Assembly: GCA_035331565.1 (NCBI GenBank)
Contig: DAOLKO010000004.1
Span: 239,802-303,801 of the forward strand
Source of the DNA: Blastocatellia bacterium
GTDB taxonomy: Bacteria; Acidobacteriota; Blastocatellia; RBC074
Length of the DNA stretch: 64,000 nucleotides
Direction of reading: 5' to 3'
The translations under genes and the position numbers were made by a program. Under the pieces are notes generated by a model. It made no database searches, was not told where the DNA came from, and worked only from the letters and a program-made list of their open reading frames with translations. Position 1 is the stretch's first letter, and each line of letters starts with the position of its first letter. This document shows, in pieces, positions 39,319-49,267 of the stretch.

Positions 39319-39459
39319 TTGGGGCGAACGCGGCTGCTCGTCAGGCGGGTTGGTACTTTTTCGGTGGGTGTTTTTGAAAGTGCAACAACAGTTTGCGTTG
39401 ATTGATTGCGCCCTTTCGATTCAAGTCCAACTCCGCGACAGTGGCGCGTCCGGTCGGAG

Positions 39460-39780
39460 TCAGGCCGATGATGATTGCAAAGTCATCGCTCCAGGCAAAG
39501 TGTTCGTGCCAGTCGTGCCGGCGCGGATGTTAAAGCGGGACGGATTCCTGGCTAATCGGATCAATCGCGTAGTCTTGTTGTATTTGTGGTTGTTACACCG
39601 CTGGCAGGCTCGCGCGAGGTTTTCCGCAATGCTTTTGCCGCCGACTGAAAGCGGGTTGATGTGCTCGGTGGAGAAAGCGTCCGGGCCGTAATCTTCCTGA
39701 CAGATGCAATATTCACAGCATCCTCCCGCGCGTTCTTTAACCAACTGCCGGAGTTTGGTTGGAATTCGGTGTTTAGTCAT
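39460..39780 (-). CDS. HNH endonuclease
   Basis: HNH motif CEYCICQ...EHINPLSVGG...NLARACQRCNNHK. Start MTKHRIPTK at 39780; 8-bp overlap (ATGACTAA) with the upstream partner gene. Confidence 0.75.
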   Translation of the reverse strand: MTKHRIPTKLRQLVKERAGGCCEYCICQEDYGPDAFSTEHINPLSVGGKSIAENLARACQRCNNHKYNKTTRLIRLARNPSRFNIRAGTTGTNTLPGAMTLQSSSA

Positions 39781-40162
39781 GAGGCACTGGTTTGATGCCA
39801 AGCTGCCGCATCAATTCATCGAGTGTGACACTGCGCAACATCGCCAGTTGGGCCAGGCATTGCAACCGCTCGACGCCGATCTCTTCGGATTGATCCGTGA
39901 GTCGGATCAATTCTTCAAGTTCAGCAGGAGTAATGACGCCTTCTCCGCGCCTCTCGATCAATTTGTTCATTCGCCGGCGCGCCGGAGGCGGGAGGTCTTG
40001 ATTGATTTTGAGCAGCAGTCCGGTTTCAGCTTCGGATAGGTTGGGGGTTTCTTCTCGCGCCTTAAGAGCAAAGAGTTTGGCGGCGAATCGGTCAAACTCC
40101 TGACGCGGCAATTGCAACGCGGCGTTCAAGATTTGTTCGGGTTCAATTTGAATGGTTGGCAT
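39773..40162 (-). CDS. small helical protein translationally coupled to the HNH endonuclease (function unknown)
   Basis: MPTIQIEPEQILNAALQLPRQEFDRFAAKLFALKAREE... Its stop overlaps the HNH start. The start coordinate is approximate (about 40159-40162). Confidence 0.4.
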   Translation of the reverse strand: MPTIQIEPEQILNAALQLPRQEFDRFAAKLFALKAREETPNLSEAETGLLLKINQDLPPPARRRMNKLIERRGEGVITPAELEELIRLTDQSEEIGVERLQCLAQLAMLRSVTLDELMRQLGIKPVPHD

Positions 40163-40231
40163 AACGCTGACTCCTGATTTCGGTAACGCGCCAAATAATA
40201 AACTGCTCCGCGCGACATTGGCGAACAAAAC

Positions 40232-40310
40232 GAGGTGTGAAATGAGGAGATTGGCGCAAACTCTTTAGCAAGACTTGCGCTACGGCGAGCGAATGCTGAT
40301 AGCGGGATGA
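40232..40310 (+). pseudogene. relic 5' end of an ADOP permease gene (RBS + about 20 codons, in-frame stop)
   Basis: GAGGTGTGAAATGAGGAGATTGGCGCAAACTCTTTAGCAAGACTTGCGCTACGGCGAGCGAATGCTG aligns with the ADOP4 start region (GAGGTGAAAATGAATTCGCTTTGGCAAGACTTGCGCTATGGCGCGCGAATGTTACTG). It translates to MRRLAQTL*QDLRYGERMLIAG*. Confidence 0.6.
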
Positions 40311-40418
40311 TGCTGCTGCTGACTGCGCTCCGCAGGGAATGATGAAATCGTCGAACTGCAACGCGAGGGGACGATCATCAAAACGACAAAGATTGACAGC
40401 GAATGGGAGGATTTACAG

Positions 40419-42905
40419 ATGAACGGGTTTTGGCAGGATTGGCGATTCGGTTTGCGGATGTTGCTTAAACGTCCCGGCTTTACGTTTGTCGCCGCGTTGA
40501 CGCTGGCCATCGGCATTGGCGCGAACACGGCGATTTTCAGTTTGCTGGACAAACTGCTGTTGCGAACGTTGCCGGTCAAAGACGCCGAACAGTTGGTGTT
40601 GATTACGGCGGAAAGCGTCAATCCGAAGTTTCTCAACAACATTTTCTCTTACCCGGACTTCAACGATTACCGCGACCGGAGTCAGGAGTTGTCCGGGTTG
40701 TTTGCTTTCATTCAGGTGCAAACCAAATTCGGCACAGTGGACGATGCGCCGAACCTGCGAACGGAATTGGTTTCGGGAAATTACTTCGACGCGCTGGGCG
40801 TGACTGCCGCCAATGGCCGCGCCATCGGTATGGAAGATGAAAAGGAAGAAGGCGCACATCCAGTGGCGGTGCTCAGCCACGCCGCCTGGCAACGGCGATT
40901 CGGTTCCGCGCCGAACATCGTCGGGCAGCAGATTCAGCTCAACGGCGTGAAGCTGACCGTCATAGGCGTTGCGCCGCGCGAATTCGCCGGGATGAAGCTC
41001 GAAAATCCAACCGAAGTTTGGGTTCCGCTGATGATGCGACGCGACTTACTGGAAGCGACCGGTTCCATTCGCGAACGCCGTCTGTCCTGGCTGATGCTGG
41101 CCGGCAGGCTGAAACCCGGCGTGCCGCTGGAGCATGCGCGAGCCGGACTGGATTTGCTGGCGCGCAACATTCGCGACGCCAATACGTCGCCCGAACAACG
41201 CAACGTTCCTTTTTACGAAAAGCGCATGCTGATGGAACCGGGCGGCAGGGGAATTTCCTACCTGCGCAAGAATCTGGATCAACCGCTGATGTTGCTGATG
41301 GCGATTGTCGGTTTATTGCTGCTGATTGCCTGCGCCAATGTCGCCAATTTGCTGATGGCGCGCGCCACCACTCGGCACAGGGAAATCGCCGTTCGGTTAG
41401 CATTAGGCGCAAGCCGTTGGCAAATCGTCAGGCAGTTACTGGTAGAAAGCTGGTTGCTGGCCGGCATTGGAGCCGTGGCTGGAATGCTGTCTGCGCCGTG
41501 GCTTTATGAATTGCCGCTGCTGTTTCAACCCAATCTGGCCGTGACGCAAACGGTTTTTGAATCCAGTCTGGACAGACGTGTGCTGGCCTTCACGCTCTTG
41601 CTGACGGCGTTGACCGGAACGATTTCCGGTCTGGCTCCGGCCTGGCAAAGCGCGCGCTTCGATCTGGTCCCGGCGTTGAAAGACGCCGACGCGAATCTGC
41701 ATTCGCGCGAGCGCCGGTTCAACGTTCGCAATCTGCTGGTGGTCGGGCAAATCGCGCTTTCGCTGGTAATGGTCATCGGCGCGGGCTTGCTGGTGCGCAG
41801 CCTGCAACGGCTACTGGCCGTGGATACTGGCTTTCGGGCGGAAAACGTACTGGTTGTGCCGGTGGAATTGCCGCGCGAAAAGTTCAATGGCGTGGGCAGT
41901 CGGGAAGAGTTTCTGCGCGGGCAGGATGAAAAGAACAATGCTTTCTTTCGTCAGGCAGTGGAACGCGTTCGCGCGCTGCCCGGCGTCGAAGCCGTCAGCA
42001 CCGCAGGCATTACGCCGATGAGCGGATCGTTTATGTCCATGAGCGCGAAGATCGAAGGTTGGCAACCCAAGCCCGGCGAAAATCTGGCGATTGACGCCAA
42101 CAAAGTGGGGCCGGGCTATCACGAGTTGATGGGCACGCAAATCATCGAAGGACGCGGTTTCACTGAACAAGATCGCGCGGGCGCACTCGGCGTCATCATC
42201 ATCAACGAAACGATGGCGCGCACGTTTTTCCCGAATCAAAATCCGCTTGGCAAACGCATCAACGACCGCGAAATCGTCGGCGTGGTGCGCGACGCCAAAA
42301 TGCGCACACTGACCGACGCGCCCATTCCGCATTTCGATTTGCCCGCCTTGCAGGATACGTATGGAAGCTTCGCACGACTGGTCGTGCGCGCTAAAGGCCG
42401 GCCGGAAGCTTTGATTCCGGCGGTGCGCAGCCAATTACGCGCGTTGAATTCCAACGTCGCACTCGACGGCGTGACCACGCTTTCGCAAGAGCTGAACAAC
42501 TCCATCGCGGCGACGCGAATGGCCACAAGCTTGACCGGCTTGTACGGCTTGATGGCGCTGCTGCTGGCGGCGATTGGTTTATATGGCGTGATGACTTACG
42601 CCGTCAGCCGCCGCACGCGCGAAATCGGCGTGCGAATGGCGCTCGGCGCGCAAGGCCGCGACGTGCTGCGAATGGTCATCGGGCAAGGCATGTCGCTGGC
42701 GCTGATCGGCATTGCGGTTGGCGTTGCGGCTTCGCTGGCGCTGACGCGGCTGATTCAAAGCTTGCTGTTTCAGGTCAAAGCTACTGATCCGTTGACGTTC
42801 GCGGCGATTACCGGATTGCTCGTCGCCATCGCGGCGTTGGCGTGTTACCTGCCTGCGCGTCGTGCAACCAAAGTTGATCCGATGGTTGCCTTGAAATGTG
42901 AGTAA
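40419..42905 (+). CDS. ADOP-family ABC transporter permease
   Basis: [41 protein letters not shown]; 828 aa. Confidence 0.85.
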   Translation: MNGFWQDWRFGLRMLLKRPGFTFVAALTLAIGIGANTAIFSLLDKLLLRTLPVKDAEQLVLITAESVNPKFLNNIFSYPDFNDYRDRSQELSGLFAFIQVQTKFGTVDDAPNLRTELVSGNYFDALGVTAANGRAIGMEDEKEEGAHPVAVLSHAAWQRRFGSAPNIVGQQIQLNGVKLTVIGVAPREFAGMKLENPTEVWVPLMMRRDLLEATGSIRERRLSWLMLAGRLKPGVPLEHARAGLDLLARNIRDANTSPEQRNVPFYEKRMLMEPGGRGISYLRKNLDQPLMLLMAIVGLLLLIACANVANLLMARATTRHREIAVRLALGASRWQIVRQLLVESWLLAGIGAVAGMLSAPWLYELPLLFQPNLAVTQTVFESSLDRRVLAFTLLLTALTGTISGLAPAWQSARFDLVPALKDADANLHSRERRFNVRNLLVVGQIALSLVMVIGAGLLVRSLQRLLAVDTGFRAENVLVVPVELPREKFNGVGSREEFLRGQDEKNNAFFRQAVERVRALPGVEAVSTAGITPMSGSFMSMSAKIEGWQPKPGENLAIDANKVGPGYHELMGTQIIEGRGFTEQDRAGALGVIIINETMARTFFPNQNPLGKRINDREIVGVVRDAKMRTLTDAPIPHFDLPALQDTYGSFARLVVRAKGRPEALIPAVRSQLRALNSNVALDGVTTLSQELNNSIAATRMATSLTGLYGLMALLLAAIGLYGVMTYAVSRRTREIGVRMALGAQGRDVLRMVIGQGMSLALIGIAVGVAASLALTRLIQSLLFQVKATDPLTFAAITGLLVAIAALACYLPARRATKVDPMVALKCE

Positions 42906-42925
42906 CCGAAAGAAGGGGAATCTAC

Positions 42926-45328
42926 GTGCAAAACTTATTTCAAGACCTGCGTTACGCTTTACGGACTTTGTTGGGCAAGCCGGGGTTCAGCGTGATCGCC
43001 ATCATCACGCTGGCGTTGGGCATCGGTGCCAACACTGCAATTTTCAGCGTCATCAATACAGTGTTGCTGAAACCGCTGCCTTACAAGGACGCCGACCGGC
43101 TGGTGGCCGTGTGGGGCAAACTGTTGAGAACGGATCAGGTTGAATTGTCGCCGCGAGAGATGGCGGACTTTCGCGAACGTAGCCGCGTCTTCGCGCAATT
43201 CGCCGCTTCGGAACGGTCGAATCTGAATCTGACCGGCAACGGCGACCCAGTGCGATTGGAAGGACAGGCCGTCACCGCGAATATGTTTTCGATGCTGGGC
43301 GCATCGCCGCTGCTGGGACGGACGTTCACAGCGGAAGAGGATAAGGCCAATGCGCGCGTTGCGGTTTTGAGCTACGGTTTGTGGCAAAAACGGCTGGGCG
43401 GAAAAGCTGACGCCGTCGGCAAACCCATATTGCTGGACGGCAAAAGTTACGAAGTCATCGGCGTGATGCCGGGCGAATTTCAATTTCCGCCGCCGGGAAC
43501 GAACAACTTGCCGGGCGAAATCTGGGTTCCGCGTTCGCTGGAAACCGAAACGCGACTGGACGCTCACAACCTGTTTGCCATCGGTCAGCTCAATGCCGGC
43601 GCGACTTTTGCGCAGGCGCGCGCCGAAATGGACGGCATCGTTAGGCAGCGCGAACAGGAAGATTCCCGGCGGCAAGGAACAGGCTTCAATCTGGTTCCGT
43701 TGCAAGCGCAGGTGGGGCGACAGCTTCGCCCGGCGCTGTTGATTCTGGCCGGAGCCGTGGGTTTCGTGTTGCTGATTGCCTGCGCCAACGTCGCCAATTT
43801 ACTGCTGGCATCGGCTTCAGTGCGACAAAGGGAAATCACCATTCGACTGGCGCTCGGCGCAAGTCGCCTGCGCATTGTCCGGCAATTGTTGACGGAAAGC
43901 CTACTGCTGTCGTCGCTCGGCGGCGGCCTGGGATTGCTGCTGGCTGTGTGGAGCAGCGAAGCCATTCGCGCGCTGGGCGGCACACAGATTCCGCGCGCCG
44001 ACCAAATCGGCTTAGATGGCGTGGCGCTCGGCTTCACCTTTTTGCTTTCGATGCTGACGGGCGTTGTTTTCGGACTCGTTCCGGCGCTGCAGGCTTCGCG
44101 CGCCGATTTGAACGGAACCTTGAAAGAAGGCGGCAGAAGCGGTGCCGCCGGCGGACGCCATCGCTTGCGAAGCGCGCTGGTCGCGGTCGAAATCGCGCTG
44201 TCGCTGATGCTGCTGGTGGGCGCGGGACTGCTCATCAAAAACTTCCGGCAGTTGTTGAATACCGATCCGGGCTTCAACACGCGGAACCTGTTGTCGCTGG
44301 AAGTGGCTTTGACCGGCGAACGCTACGGCGACAGTCGGCAGCGGTCGGCCTTTTATCGGCAGGCGCTGGAACGCCTTTCAAGCCTGCCCGGCGTGCAAGC
44401 GGCAGCGGCCGTCAATCATCCGCCCTTTTCCGGTCGCCGAGGCATCAACGTGTTCAGAATCGAAGGCCGCCCGGAACCGACCGGAATGAGCGATACGCCG
44501 CTGGCCGATTTCCGCGTCATCAGTTCGGGCTATTTCCGTATGATGGACATTCCGGTGTTGCAAGGTCGCGCGTTCAATGAATCCGACGGAGCGGACGCGC
44601 CGCGCGTGGCAATTGTCAATCAGGCTTTCGTTCAGCGTTTTCTGCCGGGCGAAAATCCGCTGGGGCGACGGCTGAGCGGAGGCAACGAATGGGTGACGGT
44701 GGTCGGCGTGGTCGGCGATATTCGACAATCGGGATTGGATCAGGAAACCGCGCCGCACGTTTACGCGCCCTACCTGCAATTGCCCGCCGGACGCTCCGGG
44801 ATTTTACTGCGCACTTCGGTTGACCCGCTGAGTCTGGCGGCGACGGTTCAAAAACAAGTGAACGCGGTTGATCCTGACCTGCCGATTTATAACCTTCACG
44901 CAATGGACGAATTGATTGCCGATTCGATGGCCGGACGGCGGCTGAACCTGGTGCTGCTGACAGTGTTTGCCCTGACGGCGCTGGCGTTAGCCGCGGTGGG
45001 CATTTACGGAGTGATTTCGTATTCGGTGTCTCAACGCGCGCGGGAAATCGGCATTCGTCTGGCAATCGGCGCACAGCGCGCTGACGTGCTGAAACTGATT
45101 GTCCGGCAGGGAATGATTCCGGTGGCGATTGGAATGGCGGCGGGAATTGCCGGCGCGTTGGCATTGGCTCGCGTGGTCGCCACGCTGCTGGTCGGTATCA
45201 GTGCCAATGACCCGATCACCTTCGCGGCGATTGTGATCTTGCTTGCAACGGTGGCGCTGCCGGCCTGTTTCATTCCCGCGCGACGAGCGACCAAAGTGGA
45301 TCCCATCATCGTTTTGCGCGCTGAATGA
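42926..45328 (+). CDS. ADOP-family ABC transporter permease
   Basis: [41 protein letters not shown]; 800 aa. 20-nt gap from the previous paralogue. Confidence 0.85.
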   Translation: MQNLFQDLRYALRTLLGKPGFSVIAIITLALGIGANTAIFSVINTVLLKPLPYKDADRLVAVWGKLLRTDQVELSPREMADFRERSRVFAQFAASERSNLNLTGNGDPVRLEGQAVTANMFSMLGASPLLGRTFTAEEDKANARVAVLSYGLWQKRLGGKADAVGKPILLDGKSYEVIGVMPGEFQFPPPGTNNLPGEIWVPRSLETETRLDAHNLFAIGQLNAGATFAQARAEMDGIVRQREQEDSRRQGTGFNLVPLQAQVGRQLRPALLILAGAVGFVLLIACANVANLLLASASVRQREITIRLALGASRLRIVRQLLTESLLLSSLGGGLGLLLAVWSSEAIRALGGTQIPRADQIGLDGVALGFTFLLSMLTGVVFGLVPALQASRADLNGTLKEGGRSGAAGGRHRLRSALVAVEIALSLMLLVGAGLLIKNFRQLLNTDPGFNTRNLLSLEVALTGERYGDSRQRSAFYRQALERLSSLPGVQAAAAVNHPPFSGRRGINVFRIEGRPEPTGMSDTPLADFRVISSGYFRMMDIPVLQGRAFNESDGADAPRVAIVNQAFVQRFLPGENPLGRRLSGGNEWVTVVGVVGDIRQSGLDQETAPHVYAPYLQLPAGRSGILLRTSVDPLSLAATVQKQVNAVDPDLPIYNLHAMDELIADSMAGRRLNLVLLTVFALTALALAAVGIYGVISYSVSQRAREIGIRLAIGAQRADVLKLIVRQGMIPVAIGMAAGIAGALALARVVATLLVGISANDPITFAAIVILLATVALPACFIPARRATKVDPIIVLRAE

Positions 45329-45373
45329 CGCAACGCAGGAGTCCGGCGAGTTCCGCTTTGCGTCGGCTACGCC

Positions 45374-46636
45374 TCAATCTCTCAAAACAAATGTCAGGTC
45401 GTTGTAAAGATAATCCTTGCCATAACTGGCCGCGCCGCCCGTGACAATCAGTTTACCGTTCACGACTTCCGCCGCGCCCCAACTCAAAGGGCGCGGCAAG
45501 CGCGGCCCCTGTCGCCAGGTTTTGCTGCGCGGCGAAAAAATCAGGGTTTGATCTTCGCCGGCGGTATCGCGTCCGCCCAGCATCCAGATTTCGTTGCGGT
45601 AAGCCGTCATCTGACAGGAGCGTGGCTTAAATGCTGCATCCAATTCCCAACGTCGCGTCGCCGGATCGTAAATCGCCAGACCGCGATCCCGCACGGCGGC
45701 GTAAAGCTTGTTTTCAAGCGTTGCGCCGGCCAGCGGGCCCATTCCCGTCGGGCCGTCCGCTTCGCGCCGCCAAGCGGTTTCGCCAGCGCCTATGCTTTCC
45801 ATCTGGCCGGGTTGATCGTAGCGGTCGCGTTCGTTGCCCATCACGTAAAGCCTGCCGTTTGCGGCCAGCGCCATCGGCATCGGACGAGCAATCGTGTTCG
45901 GAACCCCTTCGGTGATTTTGCCGGTGCGCGGATCGTAAATCTGCACGGTCGTTACGGCGTGGCGTGTGCCGTCGGCTTCGATCACATCGCCGCCGATGAT
46001 CCAGATTTTGTTATCGAACGCCGCTGTTGCGCAGTAAATGCGCCCGCGCCCGAAATTGCCTGCCACGCGCCATTGCCAGGTTTTGGTGTCCAACTCCCAT
46101 AACTCGTCGAATGGATGCGAGCGCGTCGGGAAGCCCCATTCGGCGGTCAATCCGCCTGCGACATAAAACCTGTCGCCCAGTACCGCCGCCGTCAGATCGT
46201 GATTGCTGGCTGGCATTCTTGCGACGATTTGCCATTGGCTTTGCGCCGCAACGCTGGTTGCCGCAAATGCCGTTTCCTTTGCGCCTTCCTGCGGTTTGCG
46301 CGGATCGAAACGCACGGTGCGCGTTTTTTCAGCCAACCAGACAAAACCGATTTCATCCGCGCGAATCGAAGTCCAGGCGGCGGCTTCGGCCCCGCTGATG
46401 TTCGGCTCAATCCAGGCTGTCGGCGCTTGCGCGGGCAAGACCAGCAAACTCCGCCTCCTGCCGGTCGCGGCACTGACCGGCGCGAGCGTCCAGAAGTTGG
46501 CGCAGGTGTCGCGCACGGCGGGCAGCGATCCGGCGGGCGGTGCAAGCGGCGGTTTGGGCGTGCGCGAAGCAGGCTGAGACAAAACAAGCAGGCTTCCCAG
46601 GCAGATCAATATCAGCAACGCGAACGAACGCTTCAT
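45374..46636 (-). CDS. secreted Kelch-repeat beta-propeller protein
   Basis: Signal peptide MKRSFALLILICLGSLLVLSQPAS and GGAGG RBS. Kelch-type repeats (DRFYVAGG, KIWIIGG, RLYVMG, EIWMLGG, KLIVTGG). ATGA overlap with the upstream amidohydrolase. Confidence 0.7.
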   Translation of the reverse strand: MKRSFALLILICLGSLLVLSQPASRTPKPPLAPPAGSLPAVRDTCANFWTLAPVSAATGRRRSLLVLPAQAPTAWIEPNISGAEAAAWTSIRADEIGFVWLAEKTRTVRFDPRKPQEGAKETAFAATSVAAQSQWQIVARMPASNHDLTAAVLGDRFYVAGGLTAEWGFPTRSHPFDELWELDTKTWQWRVAGNFGRGRIYCATAAFDNKIWIIGGDVIEADGTRHAVTTVQIYDPRTGKITEGVPNTIARPMPMALAANGRLYVMGNERDRYDQPGQMESIGAGETAWRREADGPTGMGPLAGATLENKLYAAVRDRGLAIYDPATRRWELDAAFKPRSCQMTAYRNEIWMLGGRDTAGEDQTLIFSPRSKTWRQGPRLPRPLSWGAAEVVNGKLIVTGGAASYGKDYLYNDLTFVLRD

Positions 46637-47580
46637 TTTTTCAGCCTCCGCGCTTCGCCGCGCGCAATCCAGCCATAAGCGGCGAGCGAATTTTTCCAGA
46701 AGTATTTTTCCGCCGCCGATTGTCCTCGTGCGGCGAAATAATCGGCGACGATTTTGTGCAAGGCGGCGTAAGGCGCAACGCGATTGCTGACCGGCCAGTT
46801 GCTGCCGAAGATCAACCGTTCCGCGCCGAAAAGTTTCCACAACGCATCCAGCGCGGGCCTGTAACTTTCCGGCGCTTCGATCACTTTGCCGTCCAGGCGG
46901 CGCACGACGTTGGAAACCTTCGCGTAAACATTCGGCAGTTGCGCGGCCTCTGCCAGCACGCGCTGCATTGCGGGAACGTCCTTGTCCCATTCGCCGAAGG
47001 GCAGATGGTCAATGACTATGCGTAAGCCCGGCGCGAGTTTGGCGGCGCGCACAACGTTCGGCAGCATTGCGCCGTCGCCCACCACGTCCATAGCGTATTT
47101 CCGCTCGCCCAGAGCTTGCAGGTCTTTTTCAAAAGCCGATTGTCCCAACCCGTTGCCGAGCGCGCGTCCGTTCACACGCAAGCCGCGAAAGACAGGATTC
47201 GCACCAAAGCGATTCAGATTCGCGGCGAATTCCGGCTTGCCCAATTCCAGATTGCCTATGAAGCCGACAATAAACGGATTGTCTTTGGCCAGATTCAAAA
47301 TCCACTGATTGTCTTCCACCCACGGACTGGCTTCGACCACAACCGTGCCGACGACGCCGTGCGTTTTGGTCAGGGTTTGAAATTCCGGCGGAAAGTGTGG
47401 CTTGTACAGCACAGGCTCGCTCGGCGGCGGCCAGGGGACGCCTTGCGCGCGGGCGGTGTCGTAAAAATGCGTGTGAGTATCAATGACGGGAATCGGCCTG
47501 GCCGATGCAAACGCCGCTGTCGCCAGCGCTGCCGATTGAAACAAAAATGCGCGGCGCGCGAGAGAAGTGAAGGGAGTCAT
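46633..47580 (-). CDS. amidohydrolase-2 family (TIM-barrel metal-dependent hydrolase) with Tat signal
   Basis: RRAFLFQSAALATAAFASA twin-arginine signal, IDTHTHFYD metal-binding motif and DH..F patterns downstream. Confidence 0.7.
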   Translation of the reverse strand: MTPFTSLARRAFLFQSAALATAAFASARPIPVIDTHTHFYDTARAQGVPWPPPSEPVLYKPHFPPEFQTLTKTHGVVGTVVVEASPWVEDNQWILNLAKDNPFIVGFIGNLELGKPEFAANLNRFGANPVFRGLRVNGRALGNGLGQSAFEKDLQALGERKYAMDVVGDGAMLPNVVRAAKLAPGLRIVIDHLPFGEWDKDVPAMQRVLAEAAQLPNVYAKVSNVVRRLDGKVIEAPESYRPALDALWKLFGAERLIFGSNWPVSNRVAPYAALHKIVADYFAARGQSAAEKYFWKNSLAAYGWIARGEARRLKK

Positions 47581-47788
47581 TGTTGGTAAGGGTTTGGGAG
47601 TGTGATGGCGATGGCGAATTTAACGCCACTCTCGATACCCGATCCCCAAAACCTGGTACCTGACTAAAAAACACTTTCCAACATAGACCGCTGAGATTTT
47701 GTAGTCAGGTTTCGGGCGTCAGGTTTCAGGGATCAGGCGCGACCGACTACGCCGGCGGCAGCCACTCGCCGTCACACTCCAGGGTTCA

Positions 47789-49090
47789 CTAAACTTCCAA
47801 TTTCCACGGTGCGCGGTATTTGGCTTTCAGGTGCGGGCGGACATGACTTTGTTTGACCGTCCAGTTCTTTTCGTCCCAATCGAGCCAAGTTTTATGGCGC
47901 ATCGAAAGATTGGCCAGGATGCAGGCCGTTGAAGAGCGAACGCAGGTTTCGATGTCGCTGGTGGGCTTGGCGCGCGACTTGATGCATTCAACGAAGTTTT
48001 TCCAGTGCGGCATGTTCAGGTCGCGCATCGCATTGTTGTTTTCGTAGGTTTGCGCTTCGACTTTTGATTTGCCGTTCGGAACCAGCCAGCAACCGCCGCG
48101 CGTGACGATGACGGTGGCTTCCGTGCCGTGAATAGCCGTGCCCGCGCCCTGATTGCCGAACATAGGCATCGGATTGGCGGTGCGGCTTTCGTAAGTCAGC
48201 ATGAACTTCGGATAACGGAACGTAGCGATCATAGTGTCTGGCGTGTCCACGTTGTCCTGCACGTAAAGCTTGTCGCCCTGCGCGGAAATCGAAGTCGGCA
48301 TCGGTTCGCCGAAGCACTGATGTACCGGATCAATCAAGTGAACGCCCCAATCGGTCATCGCGCCACCGGCGTAATCCCAGAAATATCTGAAGGTCGGAAA
48401 CGTCGTCACTCCGACGCCCCAGCGGTTCAGATTGAATGGCACTTTCGGTGCCGGCCCCAGCCACATATCCCAATCCAACCCCGCCGGAACAGGGCCGTCG
48501 GCGGGTTTGCCCCAGCCCTCTTTTTTGACTGCGCCGGATTGCCAGGTATGAACGAAGGTCACGTCGCCCAGAATCCCGCTTTTCACCAGTTCGGCGGCTT
48601 TTTTGAAATATCCGCCGGAGCGTTGCATCGTGCCTGCCTGAACGACGCGATTGTATTTGCGCGCGGCCTGCACCATTTTCAAACCTTCCTCGACATAGAC
48701 CGACGCGGGCTTTTCGACGAACACATCTTTGCCCGCCTTGCAGCCTTCGACGGCCATGTAAGCGTGCCAGTGATCGGGCGTCGAAACGCAGATGGCGTCA
48801 ATGGATTTGTCGGCCAGAATTTCGCGAAAGTCCTTAACGGTTTTCGGCTTGACCTCGGCTTTGGCCGCCGTGGCGACGGCTCTTTCCAAATGCGGCTGGT
48901 AAACATCGCACAGCGTCGCAACCTGGACTTCGGGGATTTTCAAAGCGAAACCTAGATTGCTCGATCCCATCGCGCCCAGGCCGATGTGGCCGATGGCTAT
49001 GCGGTCGTTTGCGCCTTTGACTCGGCCCGTGAACAACGACGCGGTGAACGCCGCGCCGGCGCCTTTGAGTACGGTTCTTCGTTCGATCAT
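47789..49090 (-). CDS. Gfo/Idh/MocA family oxidoreductase with Tat signal
   Basis: MIERRTVLKGAGAAF Tat motif; Rossmann IGHIGLGAMG; EKP motif (VFVEKPAS). Confidence 0.8.
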   Translation of the reverse strand: MIERRTVLKGAGAAFTASLFTGRVKGANDRIAIGHIGLGAMGSSNLGFALKIPEVQVATLCDVYQPHLERAVATAAKAEVKPKTVKDFREILADKSIDAICVSTPDHWHAYMAVEGCKAGKDVFVEKPASVYVEEGLKMVQAARKYNRVVQAGTMQRSGGYFKKAAELVKSGILGDVTFVHTWQSGAVKKEGWGKPADGPVPAGLDWDMWLGPAPKVPFNLNRWGVGVTTFPTFRYFWDYAGGAMTDWGVHLIDPVHQCFGEPMPTSISAQGDKLYVQDNVDTPDTMIATFRYPKFMLTYESRTANPMPMFGNQGAGTAIHGTEATVIVTRGGCWLVPNGKSKVEAQTYENNNAMRDLNMPHWKNFVECIKSRAKPTSDIETCVRSSTACILANLSMRHKTWLDWDEKNWTVKQSHVRPHLKAKYRAPWKLEV

Positions 49091-49197
49091 TTTTGCTCCT
49101 ATGAGGGGTTTATGGGTTGAAGTGTGACGCGCGTTTGCGCGGCCAGAAAATACAGCAACCGTTTCTTGATGAGAAGACCTGCGAGCCTGGTTTCGTC

Positions 49198-49244
49198 CGG
49201 CGCAAATACAAAACCGCGCTCCAATTTGTGTTGAAGCGCGGTTT
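49198..49244 (-). terminator. Rho-independent terminator of atpC
   Basis: On the minus strand, stem AAACCGCGCTTCAACAC...GGAGCGCGGTTT is followed by TTTTGTATTTG, 24 nt after the atpC stop. Confidence 0.6.
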
Positions 49245-49267
49245 GGTGGTTGTGATTAAACTTCAGC

